From: Takakia lepidozioides
Taxonomy: Eukaryota > Plantae > Bryophyta
Assembly (NCBI GenBank): GCA_030704615.1
Contig: CM060731.1
Span: forward strand, 91,574,001 to 91,638,000
DNA: 64,000 bases
Direction: 5' to 3'
Shown: one piece after another, positions 51,991 to 64,000 of the stretch
How the letters are laid out: every line of letters begins with the position of its first letter
Position numbering within the stretch: the first letter of the stretch is position 1
The notes under the pieces: model-generated
Told to the model about the DNA's origin: nothing
The model's input: only the letters and a program-made list of their open reading frames with translations
Databases searched by the model: none
Made by a program: the position numbers and the translations under genes

Positions 51991-52440
51991 TGTCGTGAAA
52001 GCTCTCTAAGCATGAAGCAATCACACTAAGAACAAGCCCTAGTCCTTCCAAGTGAAATCCACTCTATCACATAAACTAAGTCAAGCCAAGGGTACCTTTG
52101 CTAAATGAATCTACCCTACAAAACCCTCAACACACTCCCCATCAAGAGCTATGGAGGTGAGAGAGGCTCATGGAGGCTCAACTACAAGAAGATGAGCCAT
52201 TCTCAACAGTCACAAGGGGAAAACCTATCCCCATGTCCCAAGTGAGGCTTGACACCTCACTTGACATATGAGACCAAATGAAGTCCCAACACACAAAATA
52301 CAAATATAAATATCCAAAATATCATAATTAACTAGAAGTAGGTAATTCTAGTTAACCATGACCAAAACCATGACAGCTATCGTGCACCTAAGCATCGTGC
52401 CACAACATACATCGCTATCCACCACACATCCTAAGCACAC
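51991..52440 (+). repeat. LTR-like dispersed repeat; ~260 bp recur inverted at 59458-59721 and a more distant copy lies at 62441-63107
   Basis: aagctctctaagcatgaagcaatcacactaagaacaagccctag...ccccatgtcccaagtga.gcttgacac is present on opposite strands at the first two sites. Confidence 0.8.
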
Positions 52441-52724
52441 AATCCTAGAAAGTTATGCCACAATCGCCCCCCCAGCTAGTGATTAGGTCTCTCTAACACC
52501 GGATAGCTGACAAGTATCCATCCTAATAAGATCATCGTTTGGTCTTCAATCGCACATGTCCCAATTTTCTAAAGTCTATGGATCAAGAGGTCGGGTGCAA
52601 AGAGAGCCCCATCGTTGGTCGTCTGCCTGCAATCCATGATCTTCAATTGAGTATCTATGGCGTTGAGCTCTACATCAGCTAGACCTTGGATCATTTGTCA
52701 ATTCCACCATTGTCATGCCCGTTA

Positions 52725-53476
<752 letters not shown>

Positions 53477-56449
53477 GGATATAGGGTAACATATATTCCT
53501 TGAAGATAAAAGTTACAATCTTTTTAGAAATAAAATAGGGTGTCATTATTTGTGGATACCGGATTTAAATAAAAATATGGTCATGAATATATGCTCCAAT
53601 TATATATTTTTAGGATTAATATAGGGGTTCCACAATGGTGAGGGACATGTTGTTCATTCTATGGTATATTTGTATTGTAACTTCACAAATGACTAATTGG
53701 ACCTAGATGACAGGACTTGGACTCGGCTTGGATGAGAGCACTTGGTTTAGGGAGGATACGTTTTGGTTTAGGGTTGCTTTATTTTCTTCTCACTTTGTCT
53801 TCTTCTTCGACTCAAGAGTTCTGTTACGCTAGTTGTTGACCTCATTGTGTTGCTGGAAGCTCCAGTTTATTCATTTGCTGTAAGGTACCTCACTCTCTCA
53901 CCTAATGAATATTTTTTCACTACACTCAAAATATGCAACAGCTTTTCTCATTCGTTGTGATAGATGCATTAGAGCATTGAGCAATAAAATATTTGGCACT
54001 CTAAGAAAAATTTGTTTTATTTTTATATTACTATAGGGTGTCAAATATTTGATGGTTACAGTCAAATATAAAAATAATAGTCTGCTAGATAATTGTGCAT
54101 ATTACAAAATTAAATAATTATAGGGTGGATGAAAAAGGAAAAAAATAATAATACCCCCATAGAAAATACCTCTTTATCGTACGTGATTCCCTAAACTATA
54201 TCGGGAGTGACTTCCCCAGGGCTGGAGCACCAAATCGGCTAAGAACTCGATCTAAGAATGCATACGCAGCCCCCTCAAGAGCCTTGTCAGGCAATGCCAC
54301 CAGTTCAATCCACTTGGAGAAGTGTTCCACCATCACCAGCACATACTTGTTATGGCGAATCGTTAGCGGCAATGGGCATGCGAAATCAAGACTCCAATGA
54401 TAGCCCAAACCCATAATGGGTAAATGATGCAACTGTGGAATAGGTGCATTGAAAAAAGCACGCACCCTATCATACACCATGCACCTTGCCACTAACTGCT
54501 GCACATATGTGTGCATGCCCCGCCACCAGTATTGTCCTTGCAGCAAACTATGAGTGCGTTGCACCCCAAAATGTCCCAACTCCTCATGGGCATGGCGTAC
54601 TAATCGCGCTCGTTGTGTTGGATGAGGCACAATCCTCACTCGTCTATCATCCCATACACGGAGTAGGTGAGTCCCCTCCCACTTGAATCTCTTGGCTTGT
54701 TGTAGGATCGGATCTCTCTCATTGGTAGTCACGTTGGTTGTTGTATCTCCGGTACGAAGGGAGGCCAGCACTGCTGCATCTTCATGCACATCCTTAGCAC
54801 CACAAGCTCATCACTGATCTCTAGATCGTCATGCACACTATCTACATGACCAATCCCATGGGGTGGACCAGCTTGAGCTCTCATTGCTAGAATGCACAAA
54901 AAGGCAGATGTCTGCCATCTTGGCACCATTTCCTCGTCCGTCTCACCATGCCAACGAGCTCTTGTATCATCATGCTCGTGTGTGCATGGATTGTGACTCA
55001 ATCCATCCGCATCCCGGCTGACTATACCGGCTCGATGCACCACCTAGAAGTCGTACTCTTAAAGCATAAGTGCCCACCGTGCAAGCTTCCATGTAAGCTT
55101 GTCTGACTCCATCAACCACTTCAATGGTTGGTGATCCGTGATAAGGGTGAAGAGATTGCCATAGAGATAGCATCTAAAATGTGTCACTGCCTATACTGCA
55201 GCTAGACACTCTCCTTCACATGAGCTATACTTCGCCTCAGCATCATTGTTCGAGCGGCTAGCATATGCTACTACGAACTCTCTTCCCTCATCATCCACCT
55301 ATGTGAGCACTGCTCCAATCCCCAGCATACTCCAATCCGTATGTAGCTGGAAAGGCCACCCCCAAATAGGGCGCCTCAGAATAAGTGCAGAAGTCAATCG
55401 AGCCTTGAGTTCCTCAAATGCTTCCTCATGCTCCTTCACCCACTGCCACTCTTGACCCACCTTGGTCAACTTGGTAAGAGCCTTTGCAATGCTGCTAAAT
55501 CCCTTGACAAACTGTTGATAGTAGTTTGCCAACCCCATGAAAGCACAAACTCTGCTAACATCTATGGGGCGTGGAATGCGTGCAATGGCCTCCACCTTCG
55601 TCTTTTGAACACCCAATCCTCCAGGGTATATCATGTGGCCCAGATACTCAATCTGGTTGTGGAAGAACTTGCACTTCCCAGGGTGCAATTTCCACCCATG
55701 CGCTCTCAAGCGCTCAAACACCATCTGAAGGTGTCTCTCGTGCTCCTTAATTGTAGCATTAAACATGATGATGTCATCAATGTAGCACCGGGCGAAGTCT
55801 AGCCCCGCGAGAATCCTATACATGACCCTCCGAAACTCTGCAGAAGCATTCTTCAATCCAAATGGTAAAAAACGACATTGGTACAAACAATCATTCCTAC
55901 CCCAAATCCTTCAAACCGAAGGCAAAGCAATTTCTATAAGCCCTTAGAAATTGTTGGATCCTCCGTCTCTCTCCTCCGGTGACTGTAGGTCCAACATCTG
56001 GTTCATAATTGTCCTCAGTGACTGCAACCTTGGGTACACCAGGCTTGGAGGTAGGAGACGCATCCTTTGGTTGTTAGATAGCAACCTCTTGGGCCTTGTC
56101 CGCCCACCCTAACTATGGCGTAGCCTCCACTTGCTCCGCCATAGCCACCTTGAGAACATCCTCTAGGGAAGAAACATCCTCAACTTCTTCAAAAACCTTG
56201 GTCACCTTGGCTTCTAACTGATCTTCAGTATATGGCTCTCCCCACTCCTCAAACTGCTTGAGAGATCCAATGACTCTCTCTTTCCGCATCTCATCCCACA
56301 TCTGCCATGGGTGTTTGCACCTCATGATCTTATGCTCGTCCCCACTCACTGCCTCAACCGTCCCGGTAGGCAGAGATGATACAATACCCAATGGGAGTGC
56401 AGAAGTAGCCACCACTGTTTGCAACCTCCATTGCTCAGCCATGCACAAG

Positions 56450-58190
56450 CTAATGACCCATGTCAAGCAATTTAGATCCATTGCTTGACCCAACACCTGG
56501 CGTCGTGATGCCTCTGACAGAGCTGGCACAGCTGTAGTGCCCGTGGCAGACCCCATTGCCCGTTCTCGCTCATCCGCATTGGGTTCCACCAATTGCTGTA
56601 ACACATTGTCCCAAATCAACCTATGACCATTGTCTCGGAAAGCATGAGACGAGGGAAAGCTCATAAGTGTAGACAAGGCCACACGTGGCTGCCCCACTCG
56701 ATTGACCACCGCCAAAGGTGGACGGTAATCATGTCGCACCCTCTGTGGTTGCCTCCCTTGGTCCAAAATGCCCTCAACCGTGAGGTTGGGTGGCCGTTGA
56801 ATGGAATCATAGGCTCTCTTGAGCAACTCTGGTGGTGCAAGATTGGTCCACCACAACCTAGGCCTATGTGTTTGTGACCCCACTGTAGCTACATCTAATA
56901 GCACCGCCGATCTAATCCGAGACCGCACCTGATGTACACTGGCCGTGACCCTGGCCCGAGAATCCCTCATAAGATGAACATTCTCTAAGATGTAAGCTGG
57001 AGGTTGCATTTGCCTTATCTGTAGATCTCGCAACACTCGCAACATCTCCCAAAATAAATGCGACCTCGCATCATGCAAGCCATTCCCATAACCTACGGGA
57101 GAGTGTTCTTGGCAAGGCCATCCAGGGCAGTTGCAGGGTACGGTGGACCAAGAGAGGCAGATTTTTCCTCCATGAAAGTCTATATAGGTACCTCAAATTG
57201 AGGGAATTTATCCAAATATTTAATTTTAGATGATAGAAATGATATATTTAACATTTTTAGTAAGAAGTCCCACCCCAAATAGGCTAGAATTTGTTTTATT
57301 AAAAAATTTAGTATTTAATTCTGAAAAAAAATAGAAAATCATTTTTTATTTCTAATCGTTAGAGATTTTTGAATTTTTTTCCATATATCACTTGGCACCT
57401 CTAGATTATGGGTTTTTACACATTTTTAGTCATGATGATATCCCAAAAGCCTCTAAATGAGGATGATGTACATTAGAGAAAATAGGCCCAGTTTGGGCCC
57501 AGTGTTTAGTATAAATTAGTCCATACCTCTCATTCCTTGATGTTTTTAGTCCATATAAAAGTGCATTTGGGTAGCTTTAAAAAATGGCACCCCTAATGTG
57601 TTTTCTTTTTTGCTATTACTTAGGTGTATATGATGTTTTTTTAGTCCATATGGTTTTTCATGTGTAACATTGCAGTCCATAAGATTCAACTTTTAACAAT
57701 CCATAGCTCTTTCATAGATGATCTTTTTTACAATAAAAGTTCTGGAGTATGTCTCTACTGTAGTTACAAATCTTAGACCGTATAAACTTGTATGAAATAT
57801 TGAGTTGTGATTTTACTATAAAAGGTACCATGAATAGAGGTCACTTTAGAAACCTGTTACGCAGTTTTTGGTCCACCGTAGCCTGCAACTACCCTCCAGC
57901 TATCACCAAGTCAATAGCACCATACCGGTCCAAATCCTCCGTGCCCAGCATGGTAATGTTTGGTGGCAAGGCCTTTTGGTACCCTTGAATTGCCTGAGAG
58001 AGGCAACAACTCAGGATACTGGTGTGTGAGCAAGACAATGTGGCGCATAAAAATACGCCGAGCTATCTCATCATTCTCCACATACAAGTACTTTCGTACT
58101 TTAATCCCAACTTGCAACACTCATGCAAGCCCAGTGCTCATGCCTCCAAACAGGTCTAGCAAACAAATCCCTGAATCAAGGGGTTGCCAG
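56450..58190 (-). pseudogene. Retrotransposon-encoded C5 cytosine DNA methyltransferase domain (DNMT3-like, unpermuted motif order)
   Basis: Motifs: I LLDLFGGMSTG; II YVENDE; IV IDLVIAG|WPCQ (after removing the MITE); VI YILENV; VIII HRPRLWWTNL; IX ERERAMG; X RRQVLGQAMD. One stop (58121-58123) and a frameshift near 57995. Confidence 0.92.
57125..57894. mobile_element. 770-bp non-autonomous TIR element with 4-bp TSD (Sola2-like termini)
   Basis: TIRs gggcagttgcagggtacggtggacca / tggtccaccgtagcctgcaactaccc; TCCA at 57121-57124 and 57895-57898; AT-rich interior. Confidence 0.9.
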
Positions 58191-61100
58191 ACAATAGGCA
58201 CCGTGTCCAATGGAGCTAACTGAGGAGGTCCAGGTGATGTCACTAAACTTCCCTCATCCACAAATGGAAAGGCCTTTTGCCATGCTTGTTGCACACACTC
58301 GCTTGCCACTCGCTGCAAATCCCCAACGGTACCCCACATTAAGCTATGCACAGGCACATGAAGAAGCAACTCAGCCTTGTATGCCAATTGTTTGTCCTCA
58401 TCAGGTGGTGGCCTATCATCTACATGGCTATTGCCCTCCAAGAGCTCACCACCCCAAGCCACCACCCTTGAAAATGCAGCCAATATGGGCATCATGTTCA
58501 TATGATCCACCGCTATATTCCCAATAAACCGCACCGGGAGCAGTGCACGTCGGCCATACCCTAACTGTCACTCCGGCCTATACGACGTCATTTCCTCCCA
58601 AAAGTCCAGAGTAAATCCCATGGGGTACAACACCGCCCCACCCACAAGCACATCGTATGACATCGCGTACGTAACAATGGCTTTGGCTCTCATGATTGAG
58701 CCATCCGTAGGATGATCTGGCTGCAGTCGAATGAAAAGCTCATGGCGTGTGATCCCTTGTGCCTTCTCTGAACTACCCAAAGATGTTTGAATCTGGAAAG
58801 GACAAGGCTCCAAATCCGCCTCTGTAAGGCCTAAGCCTACAACTGCTGCTCTCCCCAACATCAATGGTTGTGCTCCCGAATCCAACAAAACTCGCAGTGG
58901 CCTATACCTCCTCCCAGCTGGGCCACTCAACTGAAACACTCCATTCTGATTGTCCACCAAGACTACTCCAGAAGTCACTATGCTGCGCTCAATGGCTGGC
59001 CTAGCTGGCAACTCCTACAACCTTGCAACTGCCGCTTGCCATGGCGTAGCTATGGCTGACTTCACCCTTGAATCCAAGGCATCCATGGACTGCACCTTAT
59101 CTGCTATCTCCGCAGATAGTGCCGATGCATCACCACTCTCACAGAGTCTAGCTGCTAGTCTAAACACAACAGCTGGCCGAATCCCCGGCATTGCAATGGT
59201 CAATGCAGAAAATAATGGAGTTTGACAAATTGCCGTAGCCGCCCCCAACAATGTACTGGCTGCACCTTGCTTTGCAGCATCACCCACTGGCATTTCCCGA
59301 GCCACACCAACTCTCCCCAATGGCACTTTTGGCTCTACCTCTGACATACTTGGACGAGCCGGCACCATCGATGGTGTGGTTGGCACTGTTTCGGCCAATG
59401 TGAAAGACTGGGGAAGCCTTGTTTGTCGACTTGCTTCCCCTCTCTGTAGATCAAAATGTGTCAAGCTTCACTTGGGACATGGGGATAGGTTTTCCCCTTG
59501 TGAGTGTTGAGGAGGGCTCAATTTCCTGCAGTTGAGCCTCCATGAGCCTCTTTCACCTCCATGGCTCCAAGTATTGAGGGGGAGTGTGTTGAGGGCTTTT
59601 GTAGGGTGGATTCCTTTAGCAAAGGTGCCCTTGGCTTGACTTAGTTTATGTGAGAGAGTGGATTTCACTTGGAAGGACTAGGGCTTGTTCTTAGTGTGAT
59701 TGCTTCATGCTTAGAGAGCTTGCATTGTCTTCCACTTCCCCCATTTACCATCTCTTATCACTACAAGAAGGTCTTCCTATGCTTGTGAGTGCGGAGTGTA
59801 AGGATTAGTTTTGTACTCGGATGTCAAGGAAGTTGAGAGCTAGGAGAATTTAGCTCTTGTATCACAAGGTTTGCAAGGGGTTGCAAGGAAAGGTGCTTGG
59901 GTGTTGCATGCACCAAGGAGTTGGAGAGCTTGAGAAGGAAGCTCTTGAGTCACAAGATTTTGCAAGGATTATAAGGAGGAAGTCTTGTGTGTGTGGAAGC
60001 AAGGATTCTAGGGTTTGAGAATCCTTTGTATGCATTGTGGAGTCAATGGTGTGTGCCATAGCTTGTGGAGAGCGACTAAAGGATTGTTAGTGCTCATTTC
60101 ACTATCAATCTAGGGTTAAGCAAGTTCAAAGTGTGGATGTTGTGGAAGAGAAGCCAGAGGGGGAGGAAATACTTGCCTATTCATGCTCTTGGTAGTGTGA
60201 GCTTTGTGGTGGATAGTTGACCAAGCAAGTGGTGCTTGTGTGGAGCATGCTCTCTCGGATTTGTAAGTTCAAGTTTGAGAATGGGAGCTCTTGAACTAGC
60301 AAGAGGTGAATGCCTTAGGATCCATTTGTGTGTAAAGTGGAGAGGTGTTGATTCATGTGACAATGAAGGAGAGCAACACATAGGCCAAGAGGTCATGGAA
60401 CATGCATTCAAATGACCAAGGGGAGCACATAGATGATGGATTAGTGCAAGACCCCAAATGAGGCATATGGCGTGAGAGGATCCAAGGCGGATTGCTTGGG
60501 AGCATTATTGTAAGTGACAAGCATTGCTCCTACACATTGAGATAATTTGTGTTGATTTGGAGCAATTATCAAGTGATGAGGAGACAAATGCATGATTGCT
60601 CGGCAATGGAGATATGGTAGTTTGCAATCAAATCCCAATGACTATGAAGTGGGGATTGATTTGGTGACCAATGACTTGCAAGTTGAGTTGGACCACTCTT
60701 GGTTCTGCATTGGGGTGGAAGAGAGCAAGAATATATCTCTTAATATCACCTAGAGACCATATTTTTGCTTGAGTAGAAGCATAAATCAAGGACTTGCATT
60801 TTAGCTCTTCATTACAAACCCTAGTACTGTATGCTCAGACTGTACCTCTATTAGTATACCAAACATAAGTTTATCCCTTTGACTATACCTCTGTTAGTAT
60901 ACCAAACAGGAGCTTGTCCCTCTGACTATATTAGTATACCAAAGAACCCTCATTCTCAGACAAATACCTCTGTAAATGTATCATTAATATAAGGAACCCT
61001 AGCATCCTCAGACTATACATCTGTTAAGGTATCAACATTGAAAGGACTTAGTGAAATTTAATGGCCTTTGGATTGTTTGGAAGATATTTGAGGACCCTTG

Positions 61101-61279
61101 GAGGATTGTTTGGAGGATCTTTGGGGTCCTTGGAGGAGTATTGGAGGACCCTTCGAGGAGCTTTGGTGGACAATGTTGAAGAGCTTTTGATGGATTGATT
61201 GAGGGATATTTGAAGGATACTTGTCACGGCCATCCAAGCGAGTGGGTAGGACAGGAGGGAGAGTGGTGGGATAAGAGCA

Positions 61280-61940
61280 TTATGGGATTAGGAATTGCTT
61301 CCGGGATGCAACTCTTCTACAAGTGGCCCAACCCACCTTAGCAAATGTGTTTTTATTAGCAGAGCGGATAGAGCTCAACATGTTGGAGGAGCAAGTGGTA
61401 TGGTGGGGTTTGGCAAGGAGACACAACAAAGTGGGGCTCCTAGCCAACAACAATAAAACCCCCAATGTGCTCAAGGCAACAAGAGGCTCAGACAAAGCCC
61501 AGGGAAGGACCGAGAGGATCTCAAATACAACGGTCTCTTCCTTCATTCTCATGCCAGCAACAGACGAGTGTGTCATGTTGGGATTGTGGAGGACCACATG
61601 TGAAGGATTGCCCAGAGAGAGGCAAAGGGTCGGCACAGGCACAGCCTACACAACTACAGTGTGGGCATTGTGGCAAGTATGGGCATGAAGAGGCCCATTG
61701 TTATGACTTGCAACCTGAGCTACGGCCAGGCCAGTTCCAAGGGAACAATGGTGGCCAAGGACGAGGCAATGTAGTCCAGAGAGGTAGAGGAGGTAGAGGA
61801 GGTAGAGGTCGTGGTGGAGGTCGTAACCAAAACCAAGGAGCACAGGATCAGGGTCAAGGTCATGACCAAAGCATGGTGGATAGGCTTGCCCAGCTAGGGC
61901 AATGTCTTGCTGCCATGGCCACTACTCATGTTGCACCAGC
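61280..61940 (+). mobile_element. Retrotransposon gag C-terminal fragment with two zinc knuckles and an RGG tract
   Basis: CWDCGGPHVKDC, CGHCGKYGHEEAHC and RGRGGRGGRGRGGGR; frameshifted. Confidence 0.8.
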
Positions 61941-62440
61941 TCTGATAACGGCTATGCTACGAGGGCCAGACAGCAAGGGTCATGACGGGACATACAGTGT
62001 GGTAATTAGTGTACACTACCTGGCCACGGGCAGAAAAGGCTAAGTATGCGGTACTTAGCAAATGGCAGAACAAAAGTACATTACCACGGGAGCAGTAGTG
62101 GGTAGTGTAGCAACCGTGGTCCGTGAACCACGATATCACACGGCCACGTTAGCATCGGCTTTTACTAATAAAGGGAGTAGTGGACCGTTTACCACTATAG
62201 CACACGACCACTACAACGAGCCACTTTTTTAGCAAACCCTTTAGGTTGCGTAGGCAGTTAGGCAAACGGTCATTAACGACCGCAGGCTATAACGGCTCTT
62301 TCAAGCATAGTATAAAAAAGGCTGCACGCAACTTAAAAGGGAGGAGTATGAGTATCAGTGATCAGTGTGTATTCAGTGGACTCAGAGTGATTCAATGTGT
62401 ACTTCTGTGATGATGTGATGAACTCTGAAGTAAAGCCATG

Positions 62441-63107
62441 TGTCGTGCGCATACATATCGCTACACAACTACATCGCTGTCCAAAACCACACAACACATG
62501 TGCACACCACACACTAGTATACCACTAGTCTACCACTAGTCTAGCCACTAGTCCAACCACTAGGCTACAACTAGTCAGTCACTAGGCTGCCACTACGCTG
62601 CCCACTATGGCAGTCACTAGTCCACACAATGATAAAGAAGAAGAATACAAGCACAAGCTCATGCGAGCTCACAAAGCTGAAGCATAAACTCATGCATATA
62701 TAACCTCATCACTCAAATACAAGTCAAGCCAAGTGCACCCCACGCCATGGGGAATCCACACTACGGCGCCATAGCTAGGCGCGGTGAGGCTCAACTCGAG
62801 AAAGATGAGCCTCCCGCGCTTGCCGTGAAGATAACCACTCCAGGGCCTAAATCTGCTTTGACCCCTGGATTGACACTTGGGCCAATCCCAAATGTCAATA
62901 TGTAAAAGCTAGCTATTTCCTAGCTAGTTTCACACTAGTGGTAAAATAACTTGACAGCTGTCGTGCGCATACATATCGCTACACAACTACATCGCTGTCC
63001 AAAACCACACAACACATGTGCACACCACACACTAGTATACCACTAGTCTACCACTAGTCTAGCCACTAGGCTACAACTAGTCAGTCACTAGGCTGCCACT
63101 ACGCTGC
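62441..63107 (+). repeat. 518-bp-period direct repeat abutting the gap
   Basis: tgtcgtgcgcatacatatcgctacac... starts at 62441 and again at 62959, with internal ccactagt microrepeats. Confidence 0.8.
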
Positions 63108-63607
63108 NNNNNNNNNNNNNNNNNNNNNNNNNNNNNNNNNNNNNNNNNNNNNNNNNNNNNNNNNNNNNNNNNNNNNNNNNNNNNNNNNNNNNNNNNNNNN
63201 NNNNNNNNNNNNNNNNNNNNNNNNNNNNNNNNNNNNNNNNNNNNNNNNNNNNNNNNNNNNNNNNNNNNNNNNNNNNNNNNNNNNNNNNNNNNNNNNNNNN
63301 NNNNNNNNNNNNNNNNNNNNNNNNNNNNNNNNNNNNNNNNNNNNNNNNNNNNNNNNNNNNNNNNNNNNNNNNNNNNNNNNNNNNNNNNNNNNNNNNNNNN
63401 NNNNNNNNNNNNNNNNNNNNNNNNNNNNNNNNNNNNNNNNNNNNNNNNNNNNNNNNNNNNNNNNNNNNNNNNNNNNNNNNNNNNNNNNNNNNNNNNNNNN
63501 NNNNNNNNNNNNNNNNNNNNNNNNNNNNNNNNNNNNNNNNNNNNNNNNNNNNNNNNNNNNNNNNNNNNNNNNNNNNNNNNNNNNNNNNNNNNNNNNNNNN
63601 NNNNNNN
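63108..63607. other. Assembly gap (500 N)
   Basis: Run of N. Confidence 1.
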
Positions 63608-64000
63608 GCCCGGCGGCCAGGTTGGGAGTCAGGCGCGCGCATCAAAGCGAGTAACTATGACTTGAAGGGGAGCTTACCGAAGTGAGGTGCGCGACATTTG
63701 GTATCAGAGCCTAGAGTTCAGTACGCGATCGTCCTTGGGACTGGCCTCATCATGGGGTCGGGCAAGCCGAAGCAAAAGCGGAACGGCCCAAAAGATGATG
63801 ATCTTGGTGAGCCCGATGGGGGCGACGTGTCACCGAGGCGGCCGTTTGAGGAAGCGATGCATGTTTCCGAAAACGAGGCCGCTCAAGAGCGGGAGGAATC
63901 CGAGGAGTCAGAGCCCGAGGAATCCTTGAGAGTTCCGACAAACCAAGAGATGCCTCCCATGCCGGCAGCCTTTTGGGAAGGGTTGTTGGCGTAGTTTGGC
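63608..64000 (+). mobile_element. End of a 5' LTR, tRNA-iMet primer-binding site and start of a gag-like ORF
   Basis: LTR ends ...gcgaCA at 63696; PBS TGGTATCAGAGC at 63699-63710; ORF MGSGKPKQK... from ~63752. Confidence 0.88.

Larger units (their letters stand above)
54218..59457 (-). mobile_element. Decayed Ty3/gypsy pol: protease - C5 DNA methyltransferase - RT - RNase H - integrase
   Basis: Protease VLLDSGA (~58880); methyltransferase 58190-56450; RT LPFGLKNA/YIDD (55890-55500); RNase H FQLHTDWS..GIGAVL; integrase HEELGHFG..YWWRGM, WSLDF, VEHFSKW. Confidence 0.92.

Noticed and set aside
57125-57894. MITE acting as a spliceable intron (introner) in the methyltransferase
   Set aside because: There is a GT near the minus-strand start but no AG at the far end that restores the frame, and the domain has other lesions.
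56113-58190. Host DRM/DNMT3 gene or bacterial contamination
   Set aside because: No introns, UBA domains or DRM permutation; embedded between gypsy protease and RT and interrupted by a plant-type MITE.
62959-63107. Biologically meaningful tandem LTR
   Set aside because: It directly abuts the N gap, so it cannot be separated from a contig-end artefact.
63088-63645. 185-aa ORF
   Set aside because: It spans the N gap and is an artefact.

Overview
Transposon-rich eukaryotic DNA from a non-seed land plant, most likely a bryophyte (moss-type CONSTANS-like gene, eu-KAI2, soluble PAS hybrid histidine kinase). Five host genes are recognisable. (1) An intronless, frameshifted ChaC/GGCT2;3 copy (9859-10436). 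(2) An intact 3-exon CONSTANS-like gene (11420-13630, -). (3) The first two exons of a secreted thioredoxin-fold gene (18048-18635, -). (4) An intact 10-exon, ~918-aa PAS-HisKA-HATPase-REC kinase (28687-47434, -) whose introns are packed with RTE/RTEX-like LINEs, including a 4.3-kb near-identical inverted pair that brackets the two HisKA exons. (5) A KAI2 pseudogene ending ~290 bp upstream of the kinase. The rest is nested MULE, CACTA, L1, Ty3/gypsy and MITE debris plus a 500-N gap. The most notable item is a decayed Ty3/gypsy element whose pol carries a complete C5 cytosine DNA methyltransferase between protease and RT (54218-59457, -). Its catalytic motif is split by a 770-bp MITE, and an adjacent integrase C-terminal piece ends in a PHD finger. 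All calls were made by eye; no database searches were run.
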